64,000 nucleotides of DNA. Source: Patescibacteria group bacterium (GTDB taxonomy: Bacteria > Patescibacteriota > Patescibacteriia > UBA10025 > JAHIVO01). The position numbers and the translations under genes were made by a program. The notes under the pieces were generated by a model. It had not been told where the DNA came from. It saw only the letters and a list, made by a program, of their open reading frames with translations, and made no database searches. Positions within the stretch are counted from its first letter, which is position 1; the number at the start of each line of letters is the position of its first letter. The DNA lies in the NCBI GenBank assembly GCA_041660605.1, contig JBAZWB010000002.1:170408-234407 (forward strand). Reading direction: 5' to 3'. Below are positions 1 to 9,732 of the stretch, piece after piece.

Positions 1-978
1 TATATCCATAATCCAATTTTTATTAAAATGGGCGCGACGGGCAATTTCGTTATACATAAAACTGGCTCCGTAATCGGATAAAAAGAACGCTTCCACCCGT
101 CTGTTACGGACATAGGAGTGATAGCGAGCCTGTGTTATTATCCTACGGAAATTTGGTTTAGGCTTCACTTTATTAAGTGCCCATTGATATTCCTCTTTGA
201 TTTTCTGCGGCGAGCTTAAATGGATGAGCTCATTTAACCCTTTTTTATCGCTCCAAGCTTGCCTAATCCGGGCAATTATATTGGAAAAGGTATAGGCCTT
301 GCTTGTTGCCAGGCCGCGATTGATATAGGCGTATGCATCCAGATGGCGTTCAATGATTTTTTTCGCCTGAGGAGACGGTTTAGATAAATTCTCTCGCTTC
401 TTTTTAAACTCCTTGGCAATTTTCATCAGCTTCCATTTCTCATTAGCCACGTCAGTCATCTGCCGCGGATCGGTAAATATTAAAACAATTTTTCGGAAAT
501 CAGGATGATCGGCCGGCAGATATTTAACTAGCTCAATTTCAATGGTCGTTTCAAAATACTCATCAAGCGGGTACTGCGTGTACCACGAGCATGTCACATA
601 ACGGTACTTGTTTAACTGGGTATCCAGCACTTCACTAATCTCCTGGTTGGATTTTTTCGCCCAATCAATTTTTTTTAGCTGCAACCCGCGCCGGTACAGA
701 TCATTGTATTTAACAAATTCTTTTCGATAGAAATGCTCCAGCCAATTTTTCTTATACTTCACGTAATCAATGATTTCCTTTTCAAAAGCATCATACTCCT
801 TCGCCGGCCAGTACATCATGTGATGAAGATACGTTCGGTTCACCATATGATGTTTAAAACCGATAGCGGCTGAAATTTTGTGGGAAAATCCCGAATTGAT
901 TATAAACCGCAAAAAAATTGGCAGCTTCCCGGAGGGCTTGATCCGCCAATCGCCGTATCGTTGCACTGCTGAGGACAT
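1..978 (-). CDS. partial CDS (N-terminal part only; the 3' end runs off the window start). Helical protein, possibly a further paralogue of the downstream swivel-domain array
   Basis: An uninterrupted minus-strand frame runs from ATG at 976-978 (MSSAVQRYGDWRIKPSGK...) to position 1 with no stop. The Lys/Tyr/Trp-rich helical composition resembles the N-terminal halves of the array members. The C-terminus is not visible. Confidence 0.4.
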   Translation of the reverse strand, partial: MSSAVQRYGDWRIKPSGKLPIFLRFIINSGFSHKISAAIGFKHHMVNRTYLHHMMYWPAKEYDAFEKEIIDYVKYKKNWLEHFYRKEFVKYNDLYRRGLQLKKIDWAKKSNQEISEVLDTQLNKYRYVTCSWYTQYPLDEYFETTIEIELVKYLPADHPDFRKIVLIFTDPRQMTDVANEKWKLMKIAKEFKKKRENLSKPSPQAKKIIERHLDAYAYINRGLATSKAYTFSNIIARIRQAWSDKKGLNELIHLSSPQKIKEEYQWALNKVKPKPNFRRIITQARYHSYVRNRRVEAFFLSDYGASFMYNEIARRAHFNKNWIMDI

Positions 979-1000
979 ATTATTTATTATTAATATTAAA

Positions 1001-2566
1001 CTATTTCAATATTACCTTATTATAGCTACTTTTTAATTTCCGGACAATTCCCTGCTCCATATCCATTTCTACGCGATCGCCCGTTTTTAATACCCGGGTG
1101 GCAACTTTACAGCCGATAATGCAAGGTTTTTTTAGTTCACGTGATATAATCGCCGCATGGCAAGTTAAGCCTCCCTCATCAGTTATCACTGCTTTGGCGC
1201 GCCGCAAATAAGGGATAAAATCAGGTCGGGTCATAGTGGTGACTAAGATATTGCCGGAAGAAAACTTTTGCTTATTGACATCCATCACTACCTGCACTAC
1301 GCCGGTCATTTTTTTTACCGGCGCGCTGGCCACCTGTCCGGTTACAATCATGGATTTTATTTTTACTCCCAGCTTGAAAGCTTTGAATATTTGCCGGGCC
1401 TGACGGCCATAATAAATTGTTGGAATGGCCTGATGGCCATGCTTGACGATGGCATAAACAGATAACTTCCTGCGCGCTTTGGCAATTTTTTGATCAAGGC
1501 GCCGGCCGTTCAGCAATAAATTCTTAACCTCCTTATATAAATAGTATTTAACCTCCCAAATGTTTATGGCAAAACGCCTGGCCAGCTCTTCGCAAAAAAG
1601 AGTAATAAAATGACTGGCTATAAGCATATGCTGTTTGCGATCATCAATCAATTCTCCAAAATACCGCACTAAGAATAAATGCAGCCTTAAATCGGGGGAG
1701 AAATGATATTTTGCCGATATTTTATGATGTTCTTGCCTTAGACGTACGGTTTTTGTATTTAAACTGGCAAGTTCATTTTTTAACTTTTGATATGAATTTT
1801 TTCTAATTTCCTCCGTTATCTCCAGGAAATACTGTTCTCTGGTAATAACCCGCGTTTGTGCAAATGAATTCCTGGTCCAAAAATAAAGCTTCTGCAGCCT
1901 GGTGATTTCTTTCAGCCATTTTTCCGAAGAGATATCCGAGAGACTGATTTTTTTTCGCTTTTTAATCTGGCGATGCAGGCCTAAACAAATTTCCAAAAAC
2001 AACCGCCGCTCTTGTTCAATAAAGCTTAGATGTGCTGGCATAGCCATCAGGCTGGTAATCTCCCTGGCTGCGGCTTCAGGTACTGCCGGCAATTCATCCG
2101 CAACCAACGGTTCCAGATAATATGCAGTGAAAACGTCCACGCACTCCCAAGCAGCGCCGAATCGCAAAAAATCAATATAACTCTGCATAAAAGACTCATA
2201 GATCCGCCAGAACTTCTGGTTTGATAATTTATGCTTATTTTTTCCAAAATACTGCCCCAAGGTTACAAACTTTTTTCTTTTTTTTACCTGACGCTTTTTT
2301 AAAGCTAAATACCGATTATTTATTTTTGATTTGTTAAAAATATATTTATACACCTCATACTTCTCCTGCTCCGGCGTTTCTTCGTAGAAAAAATCATCCT
2401 GGAAAGGCAAAACGGCAATTGTCAGATATTTCGGATGGAAATACCTGGACTGCTCAATGAAAGCATGCATTATTTGCGCAACACAATGATAAGCAGCCGG
2501 CGCTTTCTCCTCCCACCAGCTGATATTTTTAATAGTTTTCTGTAACTGAGCAAAATCCATAAGCAA
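1001..2566 (-). CDS. PEP-utilizing-enzyme mobile (phosphohistidine swivel) domain protein, array member 1 (521 aa)
   Basis: The C-terminal block TRPDFIPYLRRAKAVITDEGGLTCHAAIISRELKKPCIIGCKVA..VEMD matches the PEP-utilizers swivel domain with the catalytic His. The N-terminal ~430 aa are helical with no PPDK_N ATP-grasp motifs. Confidence 0.8.
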   Translation of the reverse strand: MLMDFAQLQKTIKNISWWEEKAPAAYHCVAQIMHAFIEQSRYFHPKYLTIAVLPFQDDFFYEETPEQEKYEVYKYIFNKSKINNRYLALKKRQVKKRKKFVTLGQYFGKNKHKLSNQKFWRIYESFMQSYIDFLRFGAAWECVDVFTAYYLEPLVADELPAVPEAAAREITSLMAMPAHLSFIEQERRLFLEICLGLHRQIKKRKKISLSDISSEKWLKEITRLQKLYFWTRNSFAQTRVITREQYFLEITEEIRKNSYQKLKNELASLNTKTVRLRQEHHKISAKYHFSPDLRLHLFLVRYFGELIDDRKQHMLIASHFITLFCEELARRFAINIWEVKYYLYKEVKNLLLNGRRLDQKIAKARRKLSVYAIVKHGHQAIPTIYYGRQARQIFKAFKLGVKIKSMIVTGQVASAPVKKMTGVVQVVMDVNKQKFSSGNILVTTMTRPDFIPYLRRAKAVITDEGGLTCHAAIISRELKKPCIIGCKVATRVLKTGDRVEMDMEQGIVRKLKSSYNKVILK

Positions 2567-2604
2567 ACTTATAAAAAATTATGCACCTAAATTTTTGAAT
2601 AATT

Positions 2605-4062
2605 TTATTTGACTATTTTTATCAGCCCATGGTTCGCCCTGACTTCAACAATCATGCCATCTTTCAACACTTTCGTGGCGATTTTTGTGCCGATAACGCA
2701 GGGCAGGCCAAGTTCACGCGCAACAATAGCAGCATGACAGGTGATACCGCCTTCATCTGTCACAATGGCGGAAGCCTTTTTCAGGGCGGGTAAAAACTCC
2801 GGCCGGGTCATTGAAGCGACAATCACGTCGCCCTGGCCTACCTTGCTCAGGGAGGCGATGTTGCGGCAGACCGTAACGCGCCCGACCGCCGTACCGCCAT
2901 TGGCCACCGAACCATGTATGGAGCTGCCGTCGGCGGCTGAGCGCTGTTCCACTGCGCGGATCAAAGGCAGAAGCTTGCGGTATTGTTGGCCACTAACTTT
3001 ATATTCTCCGTCTTTTTCCATTAAAATCAACATGCCCAGCTGCCTTTGCCGCAATAGAGGTGATATTGATTTTAACGCCTTTATTGAACGAACTGACAAT
3101 GATTCGTTTACCCCAAGCTGATAAATTTGTTCAACAGTTAAATCAGACCGGCGGGCTAATTCACGCGCCACTAAAGCTAAGTATGAAACATTTCTAAGGA
3201 TGTTAGCTTTCCTGCTATCCTGCCAAATCGTGGTAAATTCAATCAAATTGATAAATTCTCTAAGCGACCGGCTAATTTTCAGACGGGCGAGCAAACGCAG
3301 TTTTTTCCTGCGAACAGACCCGGGATTAACCAGCTTGATTGATCGAACAGCTTCAAGCCGGCGCATAAAGTCATTGATCGTTAATTTTTTCGGGCCGCTA
3401 TAGCTGTTTTGAATCCAGAAATATTTTTTAAGATGCACGGCAAGGTTTTTCTTGCGTAACGACCTCGGCAAACGGGCGATACGCTGTAAAGCGGTTTCCT
3501 GCTGACCGATAAAAGACGCTTCCGCCGGGGTAGTCAAAAGGTTATAAATCTCATTAAAATCCGGCTGTACGCCGATCGACCGCAGCAGCATAGATTTGAA
3601 TTCCTTTTCTGCGGCGACACTGATTATCTCAACTAAATGACCGACTCCTACCGTATCTATCTGCGCCTGCACAGAATGGCGAAAAAAATCCATTAACTCG
3701 TCCTCACTAAGACGGTGCAGCACTGTCTTGCTGATTTTTACTTGAAACGCCTCAGCTTCTGAGATTTTTTTATCGTATAATCGTTTAACCTTTACCAAGT
3801 AATTTTTATCTCGCTTCAAAAGTATTTTTATCTTCTGCCAAATGGCGGCAATATCTGTATTCAAATAGGCCATCTCCCCGTAGCCATCACGATAATGGAA
3901 GAGGAAGCCGTGATAGCCGAAACCAAGATCATGCCTCATGTTAATACCGCTAATGGCCGAGGGGCCGAGAAATAGTGGCACAGCATTAAATCCCTGAACA
4001 TACCAGTCCAGATTTATGGCCTTTTTTATTTTTTTAAAATCATTCATTATAAAATTTTCCAA
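2605..4062 (-). CDS. PEP-utilizing-enzyme mobile domain protein, array member 2 (485 aa)
   Basis: The C-terminus TRPEFLPALKKASAIVTDEGGITCHAAIVARELGLPCVIGTKIATKVLKDGMIVEV matches the swivel domain. The N-terminus carries the shared motifs KKYFWIQNSY and IWQDSRK...ELARR. Confidence 0.8.
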   Translation of the reverse strand: MENFIMNDFKKIKKAINLDWYVQGFNAVPLFLGPSAISGINMRHDLGFGYHGFLFHYRDGYGEMAYLNTDIAAIWQKIKILLKRDKNYLVKVKRLYDKKISEAEAFQVKISKTVLHRLSEDELMDFFRHSVQAQIDTVGVGHLVEIISVAAEKEFKSMLLRSIGVQPDFNEIYNLLTTPAEASFIGQQETALQRIARLPRSLRKKNLAVHLKKYFWIQNSYSGPKKLTINDFMRRLEAVRSIKLVNPGSVRRKKLRLLARLKISRSLREFINLIEFTTIWQDSRKANILRNVSYLALVARELARRSDLTVEQIYQLGVNESLSVRSIKALKSISPLLRQRQLGMLILMEKDGEYKVSGQQYRKLLPLIRAVEQRSAADGSSIHGSVANGGTAVGRVTVCRNIASLSKVGQGDVIVASMTRPEFLPALKKASAIVTDEGGITCHAAIVARELGLPCVIGTKIATKVLKDGMIVEVRANHGLIKIVK

Positions 4063-4077
4063 TAAAATTAATTTATG

Positions 4078-5643
4078 TCAACTTCTCTTAATCACCGTAA
4101 CCACGCCGTGGTTGCCATTAACTTCTACAATGTCGCCGTTCCGCAGAACTTCAGTGGCGATCTTCGTGCCGATGACGCACGGGATATTTAACTCACGTGC
4201 GACTATGGCTGCGTGGCAGGTGACGCCTCCTTCGTTAGTAACAATGGCCGCCGCTCTTTTCATGCCCATAATATAATCCGGACGGGTCATCACGGCCACC
4301 AGCACGTCGCCAGGCCTGACATTTTTAGTTTCCGTAGCGCTTTTTACGATTCTGGCCGGTCCGCGCGCCACACCCCGGTTTGCCGACAAACCGCGAAAAT
4401 CATTGACTGCCTGCAAAGATCTTTTCTCAAAAATTTTCTTAAACGTCCCCCGGGCGTTGGAGGTAATTACTTCATACTTATCTGCTCCTAATTGCAGCCA
4501 TAGGCATTTTTTCCATCTGGCACGCGCTTCCTGCGGTGTCACTAGGGGCCTGGCAAAAAGCGAATCAACCTCCGGTGGCGCCAAATACTTCATCTCCTGC
4601 AGAGTAAATCCGAAGCGCCGGCCGATTTCTTTGAGCAGAATACTGCCGTAATGCGTGGACCAATAGGTCATTTTCTTACGATTGTCCTGCCACCAGGTGA
4701 AATCCTCGGAGATTTCCAGAAGCACACGGATTTTTTTTGGCGGATTAAGTTTCTTCAGTAATATTTTTTTCTCCTGAAGGCTGCGCTGAGGCGTAGCCAC
4801 AATCTGCCTGATCTGCTGGCCAATATTAATGCTGGATTTGAACACGGCCTTCAGCTCACCAACCCACTTATTTACATCCAGATAATTATTGTGGACATAG
4901 TTATTCTTACTCCAGAAATAGTCCTGCTCCTGCTTCTCTAGCAATTTTATAATAGCTGGATAGTAACGAACGATTTTTTGTAGATTTTTTATTGGGCGCT
5001 TCCGAAAGGCTCGACTCAAGACTGGGATTCCTTTGACTCTATTCGCTATACGCAATAAGCTGACCTCCGCTTCATTGATAAACGAATGGTGCACAGGAGC
5101 AGTAAGAACGGAAAAAAATCTGGATAACTGCTTCTCCAATCCCTTTGCTTTTAATACCATCATCAATTCTTTTTGGATCAGATAGTCAGTGCCCAGGGCA
5201 AAACCATCGATGATTGAACTGGATGTGACGAATTTCAAATCACGCCGGATATACTCATCGTACAATTTTACTAAATTTTCATTATCTAATTGTCTCAAAT
5301 GCTCCCAATCAGTGTCCAGACAAAACCGGTAAAACGCCGCTTCATCAGCAGACCAACGCTTCATTAATCCCTTGGTGAAATGCTTTTTATGCATGGCCAA
5401 ATCAGTCAACCGTTTCGCAATGCGATCAATGTCCTCCTGATCAATATACCAGTCCGATTTATCCTGTTCAAACAAGCCGAAGTGGCTGGTGGCATGGCAA
5501 CCAAACTTGCGCGCTTCTGACGCCAACTCGGCCATGGAAATGAGAAAAATAAAATGCGGGCTGCCATCAAACCGCTGATGGTACCACTTTTTACCCTGGA
5601 TTAGAGATAAATTCCTTTTTATCAACCCCTTAACTGGCTTCAT
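4078..5643 (-). CDS. PEP-utilizing-enzyme mobile domain protein, array member 3 (521 aa)
   Basis: The C-terminus TRPDYIMGMKRAAAIVTNEGGVTCHAAIVARELNIPCVIGTKIATEVLRNGDIVEV matches the swivel domain. The N-terminus has the motifs DYFWSKNNY and WWQDNRK. Confidence 0.8.
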   Translation of the reverse strand: MKPVKGLIKRNLSLIQGKKWYHQRFDGSPHFIFLISMAELASEARKFGCHATSHFGLFEQDKSDWYIDQEDIDRIAKRLTDLAMHKKHFTKGLMKRWSADEAAFYRFCLDTDWEHLRQLDNENLVKLYDEYIRRDLKFVTSSSIIDGFALGTDYLIQKELMMVLKAKGLEKQLSRFFSVLTAPVHHSFINEAEVSLLRIANRVKGIPVLSRAFRKRPIKNLQKIVRYYPAIIKLLEKQEQDYFWSKNNYVHNNYLDVNKWVGELKAVFKSSINIGQQIRQIVATPQRSLQEKKILLKKLNPPKKIRVLLEISEDFTWWQDNRKKMTYWSTHYGSILLKEIGRRFGFTLQEMKYLAPPEVDSLFARPLVTPQEARARWKKCLWLQLGADKYEVITSNARGTFKKIFEKRSLQAVNDFRGLSANRGVARGPARIVKSATETKNVRPGDVLVAVMTRPDYIMGMKRAAAIVTNEGGVTCHAAIVARELNIPCVIGTKIATEVLRNGDIVEVNGNHGVVTVIKRS

Positions 5644-5663
5644 AATATATTATTATATGAAAA

Positions 5664-6251
5664 CTACGAATATTTTTTTATTAATAATCTGGCTGCTTCT
5701 CCAATATCCTCAACGCGGTAAAAAATAAATTTTCCTTGAGTAGTTATTCCCCACTCCAGTATAACATTTTTCAAGGTTATTTTCCTCTCAGCCTGCAATA
5801 CTTTTTTACGTTCAGCCGATGTTAAAACATTCCGATCTCCAACTACCGCAGTCAGCTTACCTCGTTTATAAAAATAACTGGCTTCCACTTGCCCATGCCG
5901 CATCAAGTCAACAATCGCACCGCGCCGTGCTTCTATGACAGTACGGTTTTTTTCCAGCAGGACGGTTCCGGCTTTTTTCCACTTCCATGACGGGTAAATA
6001 ACGAATAAAGCTTTGTTCTTGTGTTTTTTCTGCAGTTTATCAACCACAGAAGGCACATCTTTTTTAGCCACCCAGTTGGCATAATGATTCATCCATGGGC
6101 CATTAAACACTTTCACGGTCCTGATGGTCCAGCCGACATAATCTTTAATCCTGGCTAAATTTTTTATCTCCCGGGAACTGCTGACAAACTGCCAGGTCGG
6201 ATGGGGAAATTCGTATTTATCAATTATTTTTAAACCTTGGTAAATGGTCAT
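5664..6251 (-). CDS. hypothetical protein (195 aa) lying between array member 3 and the IS200-like transposase
   Basis: Complete ORF tightly spaced with its neighbours. It has no recognisable motif and is possibly cargo of the adjacent insertion element. Confidence 0.45.
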   Translation of the reverse strand: MTIYQGLKIIDKYEFPHPTWQFVSSSREIKNLARIKDYVGWTIRTVKVFNGPWMNHYANWVAKKDVPSVVDKLQKKHKNKALFVIYPSWKWKKAGTVLLEKNRTVIEARRGAIVDLMRHGQVEASYFYKRGKLTAVVGDRNVLTSAERKKVLQAERKITLKNVILEWGITTQGKFIFYRVEDIGEAARLLIKKYS

Positions 6252-6269
6252 AGCTCGGGGCCTTTCGGA

Positions 6270-6833
6270 TTATAAAACTTTAGTTTTATCAAACTTACCA
6301 TGTACGCCGGTATAATCAATAATGGGATAATAATACTCGGTATTATTTAAAAATTCCTTCCCGAGCTTATTTTTATAGTAATTATAACTGGAAAACATAT
6401 AATTGCCATTAGCAGCTGCATAGCCGTGTTTGACTGGATTATGGTGGATGTAATTAAATCTTTTAAAAAAATCTTTTTCCTCATGAATACAGCGGTCCCA
6501 ATAGTTCCACCAAATCTTATGACCCGGAGTATTATCAAGCTTATTTATATCATATGAACTCCCGCCATTAATAAATTTAATAATTTTACTCAATTCAGTG
6601 CCTTTACCCAAGGCGAATAGAATATGGTAATGGTTAGGCAATGCTACCCAGGCATGGAGTGTAATTTTAAACTTTCTTCTGGCCTGTTCTAATCGATTAA
6701 CTAATAGTATAAGCTTTTCTTTTGAATTAAAATATTTCTTCTTATCAAACGTACGCGCGGCAACAAAATAAGTTTGGTTATCCAGATATAAATGGAAAGG
6801 AATGTGCTTTTTAAATTTATTTTCTTTTATCAT
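6270..6833 (-). CDS. IS200/IS605-family (Y1 HUH) transposase-like protein, TnpA or REP-associated tyrosine transposase type (187 aa)
   Basis: The HUH motif is present in VALPNHYHILFALG. The segment YIHHNPVKHGYAA matches the IS200-like Y..NPVKAG signature. The size is typical of IS200 TnpA. Confidence 0.65.
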   Translation of the reverse strand: MIKENKFKKHIPFHLYLDNQTYFVAARTFDKKKYFNSKEKLILLVNRLEQARRKFKITLHAWVALPNHYHILFALGKGTELSKIIKFINGGSSYDINKLDNTPGHKIWWNYWDRCIHEEKDFFKRFNYIHHNPVKHGYAAANGNYMFSSYNYYKNKLGKEFLNNTEYYYPIIDYTGVHGKFDKTKVL

Positions 6834-6854
6834 AAATCTATCTTCGGCTTCACT

Positions 6855-6912
6855 CAGATTAAAAAAGATTTATAAACCGAAACCCGACTTCGGACTATCA
6901 AGCTTTAGCTTG
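6855..6912. repeat. two short hairpin-forming palindromes (CCGAAacccgacTTCGG and CAAGCTttAGCTTG) immediately 5' of the HUH transposase gene
   Basis: Both inverted repeats are read directly from the sequence. IS200/IS605 ends carry subterminal hairpins that TnpA recognises. Confidence 0.4.
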
Positions 6913-6924
6913 ATAAAAAACTCC

Positions 6925-8376
6925 TCACAGCTTCCTAATGACCCCTTTATTAGCGTCAATTTCCACTCTATCCCCATTTTTAAAAACTTTTGTGGCCACC
7001 TTTGTGCCTACAATACAGGGTATGCCCAGCTCTCGGGAAACAATGGCCGCGTGGCAGGTCAGGCCGCCAGTATCAGTTATTATTGCCTTCGCACGTCTAA
7101 TGGCGACGATATATTCCGGAGCTGTCATGCTGGATATCAGGATTTTTCCACTGGGAAATTTTTTGATATCATTTGGATTATTAACTATATAAACCTGGCC
7201 GCGTATATTTAATTTTCCGGAGCTGACCACTAATCCAGAAATAACTTTCTCTTTCAGCGTGGTCTCAGGCGCCTCCCAGAATTTTTTTATAAAATCGGCT
7301 GCCGCCTGCGGTCGTAGGACGCTAAGTTTATTCTTGGCAAACCTGGCAACTTTAAGGTGCCATTTGCTTCTAAGAAATAACCGCTGCTTATCGACTGCTT
7401 TTAAAGGCAACCGTATTTCGTCAAGATAAGCGTAATGGAATGAACTGAATGGCATATGATTGCGCCGGGCAATCTCCCTTACTAGCGTCTCAAAATAATG
7501 TAAATACTGAAAAATTAATTTTTTACGCTGGTCCTGCCACCAGATGCAAAAACTTAATTTATCGGCCGTCTGTATTAACTTTTTATCTAGCTGATAAAGT
7601 TTGATAATCTTCTTTTTTCTTTTCTTAATCTCCATCAAACCCGCTTTTATCTTACTAATTTCGTTTAAACCATTGCTAACTAGCCTCTTCTTTTCTCTTA
7701 ATCGCTTGAGAAAATATTCTACTGGTAGTACCCTCGTGCTAAAATAACTGTTTTCCAGCCAAAAATATCGTTGCTGATGATTGTTAAGCAGATTTTTAAA
7801 ATTATTCTTTCTATAACTAGCAATAAGCTTCAATAAATCAATTTCTTCTTCCTGATAAAAAGACAGGCGTTCAGGCGCGGCAATTACTGAAGATATTTCA
7901 TTTAGCTCATTCTTTGACAAATGCTCCTTTATCAACATCCGATTCAAGATACTTTCTCCGCCGTACGCCGCTAATTCCGGGACAACTCCCGCTTCCCAAA
8001 ACTTGAAAAGCAGGTTGTTGTATTTTTTCCACAAATCAACCAATGCTCTATCGCTCATTGCTGAGAAATTATCAAGAGAAATTTTTTTATGGAAGGCTGA
8101 TAAATCAACTACTGCTTTATTCCAGGCAAACCAAATTGATTTCCCGCGGACAGTTCCGACCAGTTTTTCGAAAATACTGGCTCCGACTGCTTCGAGTTTT
8201 TGGCGTTCACATATAAATAGTCCCCTGGTCCCGTTGAAAATTACATAAGATTCCGGCCATAAATAATGATGCAGCCTGCCTGGATAATCATTGTAAATTA
8301 CCAGCCAGTGGGTGATATACATCAAGCGAAGCGGAATGGGACCCCAGCGAAATATATTTTTTTTAATATCAAGCAT
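6925..8376 (-). CDS. PEP-utilizing-enzyme mobile domain protein, array member 4 (483 aa)
   Basis: The C-terminus TAPEYIVAIRRAKAIITDTGGLTCHAAIVSRELGIPCIVGTKVATKVFKNGDRVEIDANKG matches the swivel domain. The N-terminus has QRYFWLENSY and IWWQDQRK...EIARR. Confidence 0.8.
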   Translation of the reverse strand: MLDIKKNIFRWGPIPLRLMYITHWLVIYNDYPGRLHHYLWPESYVIFNGTRGLFICERQKLEAVGASIFEKLVGTVRGKSIWFAWNKAVVDLSAFHKKISLDNFSAMSDRALVDLWKKYNNLLFKFWEAGVVPELAAYGGESILNRMLIKEHLSKNELNEISSVIAAPERLSFYQEEEIDLLKLIASYRKNNFKNLLNNHQQRYFWLENSYFSTRVLPVEYFLKRLREKKRLVSNGLNEISKIKAGLMEIKKRKKKIIKLYQLDKKLIQTADKLSFCIWWQDQRKKLIFQYLHYFETLVREIARRNHMPFSSFHYAYLDEIRLPLKAVDKQRLFLRSKWHLKVARFAKNKLSVLRPQAAADFIKKFWEAPETTLKEKVISGLVVSSGKLNIRGQVYIVNNPNDIKKFPSGKILISSMTAPEYIVAIRRAKAIITDTGGLTCHAAIVSRELGIPCIVGTKVATKVFKNGDRVEIDANKGVIRKL

Positions 8377-9697
8377 TTTTATTTATTTTTATAATAATCC
8401 CCTTATTAGCATCTACTTCCACTTTATCTCCATTTTTCAAAACCAGCGTGGCAATTTTCGTACCAATAATACAGGGTTTTTTCAGCTCCCGTGCAATAAT
8501 AGCGGCGTGGCAGGTGAGCCCACCTTCATCGGTCACAATCGCAGCTGCCTTGCGAATCGCGGGTAAATAATTTGGAGTGGTCATGTGTGCAACCAATATA
8601 CCACGTAATTTGAAACGCCGTATATCAGCAGAATTTCTGACTATTTGAACTCGTCCAATAATATTTTTTTCAGGGCCAAAAGCAACTTGGCCTCGTAAAT
8701 CAATAGAGGATAAGGAAATTTTTGGTGACTCCCGCAGCATTTTCGCACCGTGACCGGAAAAAGAAAAGGCTTTCCCATTCTTTATCATAAACCCATACAA
8801 CTGCAGACGTTTTTGGATTTTTCGCAACGGAACAGCATCTCCGCGAAGGCAACCGGCAATTTCTTCAGCCGACATCGCGGTGACCTTTTCCCAACCCAGA
8901 CGACAGCGCCTGGCGCTCTCTTTCAGCAATCGCCGATAGTTATACTCTGCCTTCATAAATTCCTCTGCCTCTAGATTCCGATCGTGTGATAAAATTTTCA
9001 TTTCCGTAACGAGTGGCCCACGTAAAGAGATTGAATGCTTTTTCGAAATACTTGATGATCGAATATTTTTTGAATCCCTAATAATTTGCCGCTCCGTGAG
9101 CTCGTCACCGATGAAAAAAAAGCTTCCAAGCCAATAATATTTTTCCAGAATTTTTCTTACTTGGGTTTTTAAAATGCGCTTATTACTGATGGATGCCAGC
9201 TGTGCAACTTCATGATTATAGCTAGTTAATGAAGTTTGGTCATTAAAAAACATTTGAGAATATCTTTTACCGTATTTTTTCAGCAATTGCCGGTTTAGAT
9301 AGTCCGTATAGAGTGTACCCAGGCCTAGAAAACTGTTTACCCGCGCATACAAATCATCAGCCGCGAGCAACCTGACGGCTAGTTGTCCATTGGTAAGATT
9401 ATGGCGCTGCTGGCTAATTTTTATTAATCCTGAAATACTTTTTCGATATTCCTTGCGCCTCATCCTGATATATCCGTTTACTCCGCCCAAAGCTTGGTGA
9501 ATACTCCTATACAATTGCGCGAGTTCACGCTGATAGGTGATAAAACTAAAATGAGCATGATCAATATATTTATAATTCCACAAAAGATGAGGGAGACCAG
9601 AAAACACGCGCATATAGTGGTTGATACACTTAAATACCCCATTATGCCTCGCTAAGTAGGTACTTGCTTTTGAGCCAAATTTAATCCAGGTGCCCAT
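8369..9697 (-). CDS. PEP-utilizing-enzyme mobile domain protein, array member 5 (442 aa)
   Basis: The C-terminus TTPNYLPAIRKAAAIVTDEGGLTCHAAIIARELKKPCIIGTKIATLVLKNGDKVEVDANKG matches the swivel domain. Its start overlaps the stop of member 4 by 8 nt. Confidence 0.8.
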   Translation of the reverse strand: MGTWIKFGSKASTYLARHNGVFKCINHYMRVFSGLPHLLWNYKYIDHAHFSFITYQRELAQLYRSIHQALGGVNGYIRMRRKEYRKSISGLIKISQQRHNLTNGQLAVRLLAADDLYARVNSFLGLGTLYTDYLNRQLLKKYGKRYSQMFFNDQTSLTSYNHEVAQLASISNKRILKTQVRKILEKYYWLGSFFFIGDELTERQIIRDSKNIRSSSISKKHSISLRGPLVTEMKILSHDRNLEAEEFMKAEYNYRRLLKESARRCRLGWEKVTAMSAEEIAGCLRGDAVPLRKIQKRLQLYGFMIKNGKAFSFSGHGAKMLRESPKISLSSIDLRGQVAFGPEKNIIGRVQIVRNSADIRRFKLRGILVAHMTTPNYLPAIRKAAAIVTDEGGLTCHAAIIARELKKPCIIGTKIATLVLKNGDKVEVDANKGIIIKINKNA

Positions 9698-9732
9698 ATT
9701 ACAAAATCTTATTTATTAACCCATGCCTGCTT

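Noticed and set aside
6270-6833. Complete IS200/IS605 element with tnpB
   Set aside because: There is no TnpB-like gene (~400 aa, RuvC-like) adjacent. The neighbouring 195-aa ORF has no TnpB motifs, so only a TnpA/RAYT-like solo gene can be supported.
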